Source: Octopus sinensis
Lineage: Eukaryota
Direction of reading: 5' to 3'
NCBI RefSeq assembly: GCF_006345805.1
Contig: NC_043000.1
Coordinates: 30,132,001 to 30,196,000 of the forward strand
Length of the DNA stretch: 64,000 nucleotides
Shown here: in pieces, positions 1 to 12,021 of the stretch
How positions within the stretch are numbered: the stretch's first letter is position 1
Layout: each line of letters begins with the position of its first letter
Made by a program: the position numbers and the translations under genes
Notes under the pieces: generated by a model
Databases searched by the model: none
What the model was told of the DNA's origin: nothing
The model's input: only the letters and a program-made list of their open reading frames with translations

Positions 1-464
1 ATGACTGAAACAAGTAAAAAGTCAAAGGAAAGGTAATAGACAATACTATTCAGACGATGAAATTCTGCAGAAGCTGTACGTGATAAAGATATTGTAGCTT
101 CTATATATTTAGAAGGACACCCGAGGAATGCGTGAGGGTGTCACACTGAACTGTGTGTTGCCTCACAAATATCTTGCTAGTTAGAAGCCCCCAGATTGCA
201 GTACCAGAAACACGACAGTGACCGGAGAAGAAAGGACGTCGTTGGTCCCACGATTCACAAAAATCTTTGGAACCTGCTACGTTGTTACATGACATGGTTT
301 CGAGTTGGTGCGGAGGTCAGCGAATCCATGAATGCCGTTGATTTCTGGGTAATTACAGAGAAGTATTCGGTTAGAGAACAGTTTTGATGATTAATGTATC
401 AAGTTGATCGATTTTCTAGCGTATTATGTCTTTTTCATTTTGGTGCTATTATTTTTACTTGTAA

Positions 465-641
465 GGCGGCGAGCTGGCAGAAACATTAACAAGCCTGGCA
501 TACGTTCTGAGTTCAAATTTCGCCGAGGTCGACTTTGCCTTTCATCATTTCGGGCTCGATAAATTAAATACCAGTTGTGTACTAGGGTCGATCAAATCCC
601 CCAAAATTTCTGGGCTTGTGCTCAGAGTAGAAAAGATTATT
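465..641 (+). mobile_element. tRNA-derived SINE, family B
   Basis: Head ggcggcgagctggcagaaac, B-box-like gagttcaaatt, body gtcgactttgcctttcatc; many similar copies in the window. Confidence 0.85.
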
Positions 642-683
642 TTTACTTGTGCTTTCGAAGGTTCTCCATTTGCTGAGCGAACA

Positions 684-744
<61 letters not shown>

Positions 745-3235
745 ACATAGTAAATTTGTAAGGTATCGCACGAGTTGAAATATATATGAAAGAAGGTTTG
801 AAAATGCAATTTTAAAGATGTTTACTCACTTGACCGGTTTCACTTTTTTAGAAAAAGATTGTCAAAAGTAAAATGTAAAGCTTTGTATGAGTTTTGTTGC
901 ATATATATTCTTACTACCCTAAGATTTTAATTAATGATAAAATGGTTTTGGGCTAATTCTGGAAGAAAATCAGCAATTTATTTAGTGTTGATTGATTTCC
1001 GCATCTGCGCGGTAAATTCGAAAAATTAGAACCTATAGACACGTGGCTGATTACTTATAGCTCCATGTCTATGTGTTCAGTCCTGGCAACCTACTGAGGA
1101 CGCAGCGCCAGATATAGATTGAAATTATTTTATTTCAATTTGTATTTAAGTCTGCAGAAGCCATGTTTTAATTCTTCAATCACTTTCGGAATGACAATAA
1201 TTGGTGGTTTGGAGTTTTAACTGCTCTTTCTAGCGAGTCAGATATCCTATTCTTCGGGTATCTCTTTTGTGTTTGAACGGACACTGTATTCTTCTCTGAA
1301 TTATATATATATATATGGTGAAGAAGTTCGATAGAATAAGTTTTCAAAACAGTGAATTGCACTAAAATTTATAAAAAGAAGCCAAATGCACAGAAATTAT
1401 ATGTTGAACTAAAACAAAAGACATGTATATTATTATGAACTAAAATATTTAAATAGTCGACCGGTTTCCTTTGTAATAATTATGGCCAAGAAGTTAGTGA
1501 TAATGTTAAAACTTCATGTATTCATTCCATGTAAGTAGGAGGCAGGATTTTTTGTAAATTTTTATGTATGTATTCATTATGTGCCATAAATGATCTCTCT
1601 CTCTCTCTATGCTTTTCAATATTATTCCCAATAAAAATTCACTTTTGTCCTGAACTGTAACTTATGACACAAAGAACAGTGGAACGGAAAGATATAAGAA
1701 AAACAAAAGAAAAAAATAAGAAAAACAATTGTAGCATCAACAACAAGAACAACAACAATAATAAATATGTAAGTTTTATTTGATATCTGTGAATAATTTG
1801 TTTTGGCAGAAATGGAGTTGATTTTATTGAGTTCTTGTGAATAAATATATATTTTGCAATATTTATTTTTGCGTAGGAGAGTCATAGCAACCTGCTGATT
1901 CCCTTCGTGTTTAGTGGACATATAATTACTTTTAATAGATCTTGCATAAAAAAAGAATATATCGCTGGCGAAGGATTGGTTAAGCCCACCGAAATTATGT
2001 GCAATAATTTCCATGGAAAAGAAAAGGAAAAATAAAAAATAAAATGAAAATAGAAACAAAAAAATAAGGATCAGAAATTATGAGAAAATTTCGATATGCT
2101 ATTAATTTTGGTTTTGTTTATTTGGGAATTTATCAGCGAGTGAGTTAAATGTTGATTGTTATTGTTTACCTGTTGGTTTAGTTGTAAAAGAAACGAGAAA
2201 CGAAAGAGGAAAGTTCCAAGTTAGGATTGGCTTAATTTGTGTTGTTTACCTGCAATAATACATATGAAAAAAAGAGAGGGGAGAGGAGCACGAGAGAGAG
2301 AAAGGAGAAGGAAGGGAGAGGAAGGAGAAGAGAGAGAGAGAGAGAGAGAGAGTGAGAGTGAGAAACAGCCACACAGAGAGAGTGGAAATTAGAGGAACGG
2401 AGAAGTCATAGAGAGAGAGAGAGAGAGAGGTGGGGAATATGATGGAAAGATTAGTCTAAAAATTTAGTGATGGGGAAATTGGCAGATTTATAGATTTCCT
2501 CTCTCATTTTTCTCTGCCTGTATATGTACATACATATAAATACACACACACGCACTCGCGCACGCACACACATATACATGTATATGTAAGTATATATGCA
2601 TGTATGTATATGCATATATGCATATGTATGTATATGCATACATTTATCTATACAGCATTATCCATAAGTATGTATGTATGCAAGCATACATGTCTGTGTG
2701 TGTATGTGTGAGTGTGTTTCCTAGTAATGTGTTATAATAGAAGGCTGCATATTTTCGATTTACGTATGAATTGTAAGAGCAGTTATCTTTATTACAATAC
2801 TTAGAGAAATGCATATGTATGTGTGTGTGTGTATGTGTGTGTATGTGTGTGTGTATGTGTGTGCGTGCGTGTGAAATTAAACAAAGAAACTTACTAGGGG
2901 AAATACAACAAAGATATGAAATAAAATCTCTCGATATTGTCACACGATCTTCAGATGTATTCAACGTGCTTGTTATGAAGAGTTTAGTGAGTTAAAGAAC
3001 AAAAAGACAAAAAACAATTTATAAGCACTGAACAATTATTTACATGAACATCAGAAGAAAAGACAAACTGCTGGGTAATTTCTTTTCTTAATTAACTAAA
3101 AGAGATTGCTGGGTATCGAAGACATTAACGAGAATTGTTTAGTTGTAAAATCCTTAATAGTTTTAACTGTAAATGAATTTAGATTTTAATGAGCTCGGCG
3201 TTTGCGGACTTGTTTAATACTGTAATAAATATATA

Positions 3236-3465
3236 TTTCTTCACTACCCACAAGGGGCTAAACACAGGGAGGAAAAACAAGAACAGACAAACGGATTAAG
3301 TCGATTACACCGACCCCAGTGCGTAACTGGTACTTATTTAATCGAGCCCGAAAGGATGAATGGCAAAGTCGACCTCGGCGGAATTTGAACTCAGAACGTA
3401 GCGACAGACGAAGTACGGCTAAGCATTTCGCCCGGCGTGCTAACGTTTCTGCCAGCTCGCCGCCT
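3236..3465 (-). mobile_element. SINE family B, full length
   Basis: Reverse complement of the family B head, body and tail (ccccttgtgggtagt). Confidence 0.9.
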
Positions 3466-3649
3466 TACTATAATAAATATAATGCTCTATCATTTCCATG
3501 CGTTGAATTATTTTCATGAGCCCTGGATAACAAGAAGTGATTGAGATAACAAGTCTCGCGCCAGTCCGTCGCACCTTTAACGTCTTGGCTATTGCTTGAA
3601 CCCCTTTACAGCTGCGTGCACTGTGGTATCGTGAAATTATATGTTATGC

Positions 3650-4020
3650 TCATGGTCTGTTCGCGGTGCATTCAAAATGTGTCCGAGTTTATTTTTCCCG
3701 CTAAAAGCAGTGGAAGGTGATGCCCCCTTCTCACGCATGTGTGAATAGTTTCGCATTCGTAGGCCGCGTCAATTCCCGGCTATTACCAGGAGAACCCAGA
3801 CGTGTAGCGCGCACTGATTTTCACTGAACGCATCGGGCAAAGACATTGCATCAAGTTTTGTCAAAAGCTTGGTAACGCTCACGTTCAAAGAATCCACAAT
3901 GGTCAGCAGGTCTCTGGTGATAATGTTATGGATAACACTCAGAACAAGGAATGGTACAACCGCTTCAAACATAGCCACACCATCGAGTAACGATGATCTT
4001 AGCATCATCATTGAAGTATC
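3650..4020 (+). mobile_element. Mariner transposon remnant (N-terminal HTH of transposase)
   Basis: From 3823 a + frame reads TERIGQRHCIKFCQKLGN...KEWYNRFKH then stops, matching the mariner N-terminal pattern EQRxCIKFC.KLG...EWYNRFK. The supplied ORFs here are other frames. Confidence 0.8.
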
Positions 4021-4756
4021 TTCACCACTGTCCCACACACCTTCAAATTTCCCTGTACATATAAACGTGAGAAAATGCCACAAAATTTCCCAATATGGTA
4101 ACATCAGATTCTCTGTAAATATATGTGAAGTTACTCTTTTAAATATATCGTACAAATCTATATTTGTAGCTTTTGCATCAAAATCTGCTAAAATTCATAC
4201 AGATTCTTTTCACTTTCATGACAAAACCTTCTGTGGATAAAAGGATATTTATAAGCATTCCATTTTCGTTTCTTTGCTGCTTATTAAAAATTTCGAAGGA
4301 GAAAATTAAGCCACCACGTTATAAGAAATCGAAGAAACAAGATTGTAGGCGAGTCCCCAAAATTTAATTATGTATTTATAAAACATCTCTTCTGATAAGA
4401 GATTTTATGAAAACTGGTCTTTTATAAATGAAGGATGCTGCATTATAAATTGCATTTTATTTATTAAAAATTGTGGCCGGCAAATAATGATTCACGCTTA
4501 AAGCTCTGAGAATTCTTAGTAGATATTTACTTTAATATGAACCAAAATATTTAAGAGTATACAGAATCTCTGAGCTCTCAAACACAATCAATAACTGGTA
4601 CACCTCTCAAACAAACTCACATGTGAACACACACATTCATACGTATAACACACATTTACTTGTGTACAAATATTTCTTTATATATACATACACACAACCG
4701 CGCGCGCGTTTGTGTATGTATGTATAAAGAAATATATATGTGTGTATATCTATCTA

Positions 4757-4926
4757 CATACGACAGGCTTCCTACAGTTCCTACAGTTTCCATCTACCAA
4801 ATCCACTAACAACGTTTTGGTCGGGTGATGCTATAGTAGAAGGCACTTGCCTAAGGTGTCAGGCAGTAGGACTGAACCCCGAACAACATGGTTGGGAAGC
4901 AGACTTCTTACCACACAGCCACGCCT
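4757..4926 (-). mobile_element. SINE family A, 5' half
   Basis: Reverse complement of the family A head (ggcgtggctgtgtggtaag...gggttcagtcc...ttggtagatggaaactg). Confidence 0.8.
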
Positions 4927-5313
4927 TTCTATATGTTGACATAGATGTGGGTGTGGGTGAGTTGTAAGTATATATGTATGTATGTATGCATGTGTGTATG
5001 TATGTATGTATGTATGTATGTATGCGTATGATTATATAATGAAATTGATAACAAGGAAATTCGTTGCCGACATCCAGACGACAAATTAAAGATTGTTTAA
5101 AGTGTGTTTAAATGTTCTTGTATTTACATGCATCATAAACATGGAGAATGTAAGTATCAACCTCTTCGTACCCTAAAGTCTCTGCTACCAACAGTATGAA
5201 TAATAAACTTTTATTTTACAAACAAAAACGAAAATTCCGAACGCAGTATAGGTGTAAAAACAGCAAAGAAAGATCGGCTATTTAGTTTTATAAAACGGAA
5301 ATAAGTTGCCAGC

Positions 5314-5385
5314 AGGCGGCTATGGGAGTCGAACCTGTACCCTTCATTTAGCGGCCGAGTGCTCTACTATTAAACTAAACGGTCT
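5314..5385 (-). pseudogene. tRNA-like sequence (decayed tRNA or solitary SINE head)
   Basis: Minus strand has A-box-like tagtttaatagtag and B-box ggttcgactcc at tRNA spacing, but the acceptor stem does not pair. Confidence 0.5.
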
Positions 5386-6055
5386 CTCACCACAAAACGT
5401 GTTATGAAATTTCCTCACATCATATAATCATTCATCGTAACCAGTTTGTCCTATATATTTATACCGCGATAAATCTAAACGCGGTAAAAAAAAATGATTC
5501 TCTCAAGGACACTAAACCGGAGTCCTGTTTGTTTTACTCTGCAATATGAATATATTTATTTATTTATTCACACACACACCTGTAAAAGAAAATCATTTTA
5601 GCGTAAATTCTACACATCCTTTAGCAATTTAAACATTTTTCTTGCAGCAAAGCATTTCAGGAAAACAATTATTTATGGATAATTCTATCCAATATAATGT
5701 CTATTCATTTATGTATTTATATAGAAAAAGTTTCTCTATAGAAATGGTTCTATGCAAATTTCTATCGTGCTCACCCATGCTGTATCAACATATGTGAAAC
5801 TTATAATTTTCCAGCGAATTGTTTTCAGCAGAATTGAACCAACTCTAGCCGCTGTTTTTTTCTCTTCATCTTTTACGTGTTGCAGTATGGTAGGAACTAG
5901 TGTACCCGTCTATCCCTAAGGATGCTGCTGCCGGAACCAACTTGTTTTCTATACGCTTCTGAAGCGTATCATACTGTCTCAGTGTTTAGGGATTTCTGAG
6001 AAGATAGCATAATATTTAAGTCCTAAATTCTAATAATATCGTTGTATTTATTCCC

Positions 6056-6290
6056 TTGTGTCTGGGAAGAGTCATTTCCTTTTTGTACCTTATTATGTAA
6101 CACACTCACCGGTAAAATTTCCACTTTTTTCTTATTTTTATTTTTTAGGGCAATAAAAATAAGAAAAAAAGTGGAAATTTTACCGGTGAGTGTGTTAGAT
6201 AATAAGGCACAAAAAGAAAATGACTCTCCCCAGACACAACAGAATATGCTTCAACACACGAACTCAAATCTTGCAAACCAAATTCAAAAA
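6056..6290. repeat. Palindromic (foldback) element; same family as 46782-47130
   Basis: Arms 6056-6142 and 6152-6239 are reverse complements (tgtgtctgggaagagtcat... / ...atgactctccccagacacaa), followed by a tail also seen after the 46.8 kb copy. Confidence 0.85.
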
Positions 6291-6505
6291 CGTTGTATTT
6301 ATGATTTGTGAGAAAACCTGAATGAGTCAGTCCTATAATCAAAGCTTTCCATTTGTGGAACCCGGTTTATTCTCACATACACAATATCTAGTACTTCAAT
6401 ATGAAATATGTTCGATAAGTCTGAAATATTAAAGTATGAAAGGAGGAAACCGTGGCTGCTCTGTCTAGCAGTACTTAATTTATCGAACCCCGAATGGAGG
6501 AAAGA

Positions 6506-6868
6506 CATGGTTCCGGGTTGATGCCTACTGCGTGGTACCTTAGGCAAGTGTATTCTACTATAACTACGGGCCGACCAAAGCCTTGTGAGTGGATTTGTTA
6601 GACGGAAACTGAAATGGCCCGATGTATATATATATATATTTATGTGAGTGTCTTATTGTGTCTGTGTTTGTCCCCTTCCCATTCGCTTGACAATCGATGT
6701 TGGTGTGCTTACGTCCAAGAAACTTAGCGGTTCGGCATAAGAGACCGATAAATTAAGTACTAGGCTTACAAAATAATTAGTTCTGGGGATAGATTCATTC
6801 GACTAAAGGCGGTGCTCTGCCATGGCCGCAGTCAAATGACTGAAACGTGTAAAAGAGTAAAAGAGTAA
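6506..6868 (+). mobile_element. SINE family A, 5'-truncated
   Basis: Family A body, internal (TA)n/(TG)n and tail aaatgactgaaac...aaaagagtaaaagagta. Confidence 0.85.
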
Positions 6869-6911
6869 TATTGAAAAACCTCTTGAACCCTCTACATAGA
6901 ATCTCATGTGA

Positions 6912-7225
6912 GGACGTGTGGCTGAGTGGTTAAGGTTTTCGTTTCAGGATCGTAAGGTCTTGAGTTTGATTCCTTGCGCCACGTTGTGTCCTTGAGCAAG
7001 ACACTTAATTTCGAGTTGCTCCAGTCTTCTTAACTTCCAAAAATGAGTTGTACCTATTATTCAAAAGGGCCAGTCATATCACACTCTGTGTCACGCTGAA
7101 TCTTCCTAAGAGCAACGTTAAAGATATACGTGTCTGTGGAGTACTCAGCCATTTAAACGTTAATTTTACGACAGGTTGTTCCGTGGATCGGATCTACTGA
7201 GACACTCCTCGTCGCAACCGACGGA
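6912..7225 (+). mobile_element. tRNA-derived SINE, family C
   Basis: A-box tggctgagtggttaag, B-box gagtttgattcc, gtgtccttgagcaagacact, and core gctgttccgttgatcggatc...cgtcgtaaccgacgg. Confidence 0.85.
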
Positions 7226-7570
7226 ATTCCAGACAGAACAAGATCAACAGGAGCATGCCTCTTTCATAATCTATATTTGAAACTCTAGTTATCTCGTTTA
7301 CGTTAATTTTACGACAGGCTGTTCCGTTGATCGGATCCACTGAAACACTCCTCGTCGTAACCGACGGAATGCCAGACAGAACCAGATTAACGGAAGCATC
7401 TCTCCTTCATAATCTATATTTTAAACTCTAGTTATATCGTTTGCGTTAATTTTACGACACGCTGTTCCGTTGATCGAATCGACTCAGACACTCGTCGTCG
7501 CAACCGACGGATTGCCAGACAAAATCAGTTCAATGATAATCTATAATTTAAATTCTAGTTATATCGTTTA
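7157..7570 (+). repeat. Three tandem units of about 143 bp (SINE C 3' core plus flank)
   Basis: Units start at 7157, 7300 and 7443 (acgttaattttacgac...ctctagttatatcgttt). Confidence 0.9.
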
Positions 7571-8039
7571 TTATATTTGCTAAGTATTTTCGTTAATAAC
7601 ATCTAGAGACTAATGAACGCGTTATTAAATCTATTTGCTAAGGTTTCCTGAATATAATGGATACGAGGGTGTTATTTTTATAATGTTTTAGGCTAGTTCG
7701 AAAATAGACGTGTTAATCCAAATTCGCGTTCGAATTGTGAAATGCTTATAATAACCAATCTTAGCAAAATCTGCACGTATGTGTTTATAGTGATGGTGTT
7801 TAAAGAAACTCGTTGAATAAACATCTTAGAATTATTTATAGTTTGGAAAAATAGTTTTCAGTTACAGGTAAAAATGGGGGAAAAAATATTCCAGTGAACA
7901 ACTTAAGTATAAAATAATATAAGAACTTGTCTTCTATGCTGTGAAAAAAAAACGTAATAAAAAACAGCAACACAACAGAGAAGGGAAAAATACAATATAA
8001 TAAAATGTAGTCTTAGAAAGCAAGCAGGTGCACTGCGAC

Positions 8040-9166
8040 GGTGGGGAGAGAAAAAGAATAAAGGAGTGTGATTGAAAGAGAGAGAGGGAGAGAGAGAGAG
8101 GGGGAGAGAGAGAGGGGGGAGAGAGCGGGAGAGAGAGAGGGAGAGAGAAGGGAGGGAAAGTGTGCGAAGAGGGGAAAGATGTGAAATATATATCTAGTAA
8201 ATATATACGTTGAAGGTAAATATGTGTGTAACAGAAGAAGAAGTAAAAGAAGAAGAAGAAGAAGAAGAAGAAGAAGAAGGTAGAAGAAAAGGAAGAAGAC
8301 GAAGATGAAGAAGGAGAGGCGAGAAGAGGAAGCGAGGAGAAGAAAAAGAAGCGATGACGAGAAGAAGAAGAAGAAGAAGAGAAGAAGAAGAAGAAGAAGA
8401 GGAAGCGAGGCGAGAAGAAGAAGAAGAGGAATATCAAGAAGAAGAAGCGAGAATAATAATAAGAAGAAGAAGAAGAGGAGAAGAAGAAGAAGAAGAAGAA
8501 GAAGAGGAAGGAGAAGAAGAAGAAGAAGAAAAAAAGAAAAAGAAAAAGCAGAGCGAGAAGAAGATGATGATGATGATGATGATGATGATGAATAAGAAGA
8601 AGATGAAGATGAAGAATGACAAACGAGAATAAGAAGACGCGAGGAGAAGAAGAAGCAGCGAGGAGAAGAAGAAGTGAGGAGAAGAAGAAGCGAGGAGAAG
8701 AAGAAGCGAGCCAAAGAAGAAGAAAAAGAAGAAGAGCGAGAAGAAGAAGCGATTAGAAGAAAAAGAGGTGAGAGAAGTAGGAGAAGAAAAAGAAAGATAG
8801 AAAGAAAGAAACAGGAGAAAAGAATGGAACGAACAAAAATAAATAAAAGAGGCAGATTAGGCAAGAAAATAGCAAAAATAATCGTAAACTGAATAGAAGA
8901 ATGTGTGAAAATGGAAAAGTAAAGTGAAATAAATATATTCGGTGATGACCTTGCAGGTTCTTGGAGGGTGTTTCTAAAAGAAAGCGTTACGGAACAGGTG
9001 TCTGTAGACGTAATTTTAGGAGCGAGAGTATTTTTCTGCTCACAAGAATTTTTACACAAATTACTCTCTGTGGGTAAAATGGAAAAATATATAAAAAATA
9101 TATAAAAAATGTAACGTAATTTTTTTCGTTCAGCAAATGTCATCATCATCATCATCATCATCGTCG

Positions 9167-9201
<35 letters not shown>

Positions 9202-9830
9202 GTCGTCGTCGTCGTCGTCGTCGTCATCGTCAACATAAATAACATCGCAATCATCATCGTTACCGTCAGTATTATCCACATCCTTCTACCCCTCATCGTC
9301 GTCGTCGTCATCATCATCGTCATCATCATCATCATCAGCAGCAGCAGCAACAGTGCCAGCAGCAGTAACAGCAACAACAACAACAACAACAGCAATGATG
9401 GCGTCATCGTCGTTGCCATCTATATGTTCATCACCAAAATCTTCCTCACTAACCTCATCAATATACTCCACTTCATCTACTTCCTCATCGTCGACGTCAT
9501 CGTCTTCCCCTTCAGCATCATCATCATCATCATCATAATCATCATCATCATCATAATCATCATCACTATCATCATCCCCCATCATCATCATGACGACAAC
9601 GACAACCACCACCGTCACAAGCATCATCACCACCACCACCACAATCATCATCACCATCACCACCATCAACCACCACCACCACCACCACTAAAAATATTAG
9701 ATAAAAATGTCTGTGTAAAATGAAAAAATGAAAAATGTTTTTTTTTCTTGAACAGTCCTCATCATCCTCATCGTCATCGTTAACATAACTGTCACCGCAA
9801 TCATCATCATCACCGTCAATATTAGCCACT
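8040..9830. repeat. Low-complexity block of (GA)n, (AAG)n, (ATG/ATC)n, (CAA)n and (CAC)n
   Basis: Seen directly; source of the poly-L/E/R/M/D pseudo-ORFs at 7934-9829. Confidence 0.95.
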
Positions 9831-9836
9831 TCCTAA

Positions 9837-10070
9837 GGTGGCAAGCTGGCAGAAATGTTAGCACGTCGGGTGAAATGCTTAGCCGTATTTCGTCTGCCGT
9901 TGCGTTCTGAGTTCAAATTCTGCCGAGGTCGACTTTGCCTTTCATCCTTTCGGGGTCGATTAAATAAGTACCAGTTACGCACTGGGGTCGATATAATCGA
10001 CTTAATCCGTTTGTCTGTCCTTGTTTTTCCTCTCTGTGTTTAGCCCCTTGTGGGTAGTAAAGAAATAGGT
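9837..10070 (+). mobile_element. SINE family B, full length
   Basis: Complete head, body and tail ending gtagtaaagaaataggtatttcg. Confidence 0.9.
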
Positions 10071-10078
10071 ATTTCGAC

Positions 10079-10232
10079 TGCCACAACCACAACGACAACG
10101 ACGAAAAATTCCTTAGGAATGAGAACCTCACATTCGAAATTTCCCAAAAATACCTGACGAAGGCTGGATGGTATATCAGCCGAAACGTTGTGTTAACAAG
10201 AAACAAGATGAATACACATATATTCGTCAAAT
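10079..10232 (+). mobile_element. Penelope-type terminal repeat, inverted copy
   Basis: Reverse complement of 10684-10830; carries a hammerhead motif. Confidence 0.75.
10149..10194 (+). ncRNA. Minimal type I hammerhead ribozyme motif
   Basis: AATAC-CTGACGA-A-GGCTG(GATGGTATAT)CAGCC-GAAA-CG-TT-GTGTT. Helix I AATAC/GTGTT, helix II 5 bp, palindromic AACGTT as helix III; predicted cleavage after 10189. Confidence 0.7.
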
Positions 10233-10243
10233 ATAAATAATGT

Positions 10244-10672
10244 AGGAGTGACTGTGTGGTAAGTAGCTTACTTACGAACCACATGGTTCAGGGTTCAGTC
10301 CCATTGCGTGGCACCTTGGGCAAGTGTCTTCTACTATAGTCTCGGGCCGACCAATGCCTTGTGAGTAGATTTGGTAGACGGAAGCTGAAAAGAAGCCCGT
10401 CGTATATATGTATATATGTTTATATATGTATGCGTGTATGTGTGTGTATATGTTTGTGTGTCTGTGTTTGTCCCCCCAACATCGCTTGACAACCGATGCT
10501 GGTGTGTTTACGTCCCCGTAACCTAGCAGTTCGGCAAAAGAGATCGATGGAATAAGTACTAGGCTTACAAAGAATAAGTCCTGGGGTCGATTTGCTCGAC
10601 TAAAGGCGGTGCTCCTGCATGGCCATAGTTAAATGACTGAAACAAATAAAAGAGTAAAAAAGAGTAAAGAGA
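10244..10672 (+). mobile_element. SINE family A, full length, between the two inverted Penelope repeats
   Basis: Head aggagtgactgtgtggtaag, CORE-like ccttgggcaagt, internal microsatellite, (aaagagt)n tail. Confidence 0.9.
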
Positions 10673-10683
10673 ATTTAAATAAT

Positions 10684-10830
10684 ATACATTTGACGAATAT
10701 TTGTACTCAGCTTTTCTGTTGTTAACACAACGTTTCGGCTGATATACCCTCCAGCCTTCATCGGTGTCTTGGGGAAATTTCGAAACTGAGGTTCTCATTC
10801 CCAAGGAATTTTTCGTTGTTGTTGTTGTGG
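10684..10830 (-). mobile_element. Penelope-type 3' terminal repeat with a broken hammerhead core
   Basis: Minus strand reads gacac-CGATGA-aggctg...cagcc-GAAA-cgtt-gtgtt (U4 of CUGAUGA missing); lies downstream of the GIY-YIG remnant on the same strand. Confidence 0.75.
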
Positions 10831-10848
10831 TGGTGGTTGTTATTGTTG

Positions 10849-10912
<64 letters not shown>

Positions 10913-10917
<5 letters not shown>

Positions 10918-10980
10918 TCACTGCCTGGAATCGAACTCGGAATTTTGGTGTTAGTAGCCGGCGCTCTTAACCACTATGTG
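10913..10980 (-). mobile_element. Short tRNA-derived unit with (TAA)n tail
   Basis: tagtggttaag A-box and gagttcgattcc B-box, followed directly by the (TAA)n array at about 10855-10912. Confidence 0.6.
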
Positions 10981-10989
10981 GGCAATTAT

Positions 10990-11390
10990 GGAGTGAATTT
11001 TAGGGCTTATAAATCTAATATTTTCCTATCCTTCTTTAATACCGGTTCCTGTATGATATTCATATCTGAACCCGGACTGCTTAGGAGGTTGTTGTGTCCT
11101 AGCATATCTGCTGCTTCTTTTAGTTTTCGTATTTTCCAGTGGTGTGCTCTGTCTGTTATTTTAACTCCATCCCATCGGGGGTGGGGGTCTCTATTTTCCC
11201 ACACGATTTATCAATATCCCCTCTTGTCACAGCTTTGCGATGTTCGTCTACCCTTATTTTGAGGGGGCAGCATGTTTCGCCTTTGTATAACCTACCACAG
11301 CTGCATAGCATGGAGCACACGCAGTTTTTGGACATTTTTCCTCGTTTGTATCTCTTTGTATTTCCGCGTTCTTCTTTGTCAATGGAATGC
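10990..11390 (-). pseudogene. Penelope-like element GIY-YIG endonuclease, C-terminal remnant with frameshift
   Basis: Minus strand reads NCVCSMLCSCGRLYKGETCCPLKIRVDEHRKAVTRGDIDKS, then WDGVKITDRAHHWKIRKLKEAADMLGHNNLLS; matches the PLE GIY-YIG pattern (C.CG..Y.GET...L..R..EH; RK.KEA). Confidence 0.85.
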
Positions 11391-11574
11391 TAGAAGATAA
11401 CAATGAGAATCTAAAGATGATCTAGAAGTGCTTTGGACCCTATTCAAATAAAGGTGCTTATGCATACAGTTATTATTGAATAATATTAATTTAATAATGC
11501 TATTATATATGTACAATCCAGCAATTGTCAGATGATAGTGATGTGTTGAAATAATTGTAGTGATTTGTAACAAA

Positions 11575-11738
11575 GCGCAGGAGTGGCTGTGTGGTAAGTA
11601 GCTTGCTAACCAACCACATGGTTCCGGGTTCAGTCCCACTGTGTGGCATCTTGGGCAAGTGTCTTCTGCTATAGCCCCGTGCCGACCAATGCCTTGTGAG
11701 TGGATTTGGTAGACGGAAACTGAAAGAAGCCTGTCGTA

Positions 11739-11788
<50 letters not shown>

Positions 11789-12021
11789 TGTGTGTGTATA
11801 TGTTTGTGTGTCTGTGTTTGTCCCTCTAGCATTGCTTGACAACCGATGCTGGTGTGTTTACGTCCCTGTCACTTAGCGGTTCTGCAAAAGAGACCGATAG
11901 AATAAGTACTGGGCTTACAAAGAATAAGTCCTGGGGTCGATTTGCTCGACTAAAGGCGTTGCTCCAGCATGGCTGCAGTCAAATGACTGAAACAAGTAAA
12001 AGAGTAAAAGAGTAAGAGTAA
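11575..12021 (+). mobile_element. SINE family A, full length
   Basis: Complete head, internal (TA)n and tail. Confidence 0.92.

Noticed and set aside
3769-4155. 128-aa minus-strand ORF with an apparent acceptor near 4051
   Set aside because: Largely antisense to the mariner transposase remnant, which explains the sequence better.
5314-5385. Functional tRNA gene
   Set aside because: The acceptor stem does not pair; kept only as a tRNA-like remnant.
7660-7900. tacgaggg mariner-type terminus
   Set aside because: No partner TIR or recognisable transposase peptide; too weak to call.
8013-9419. 468-aa minus-strand ORF and overlapping poly-amino-acid ORFs
   Set aside because: Translations of trinucleotide microsatellites; no domain content.
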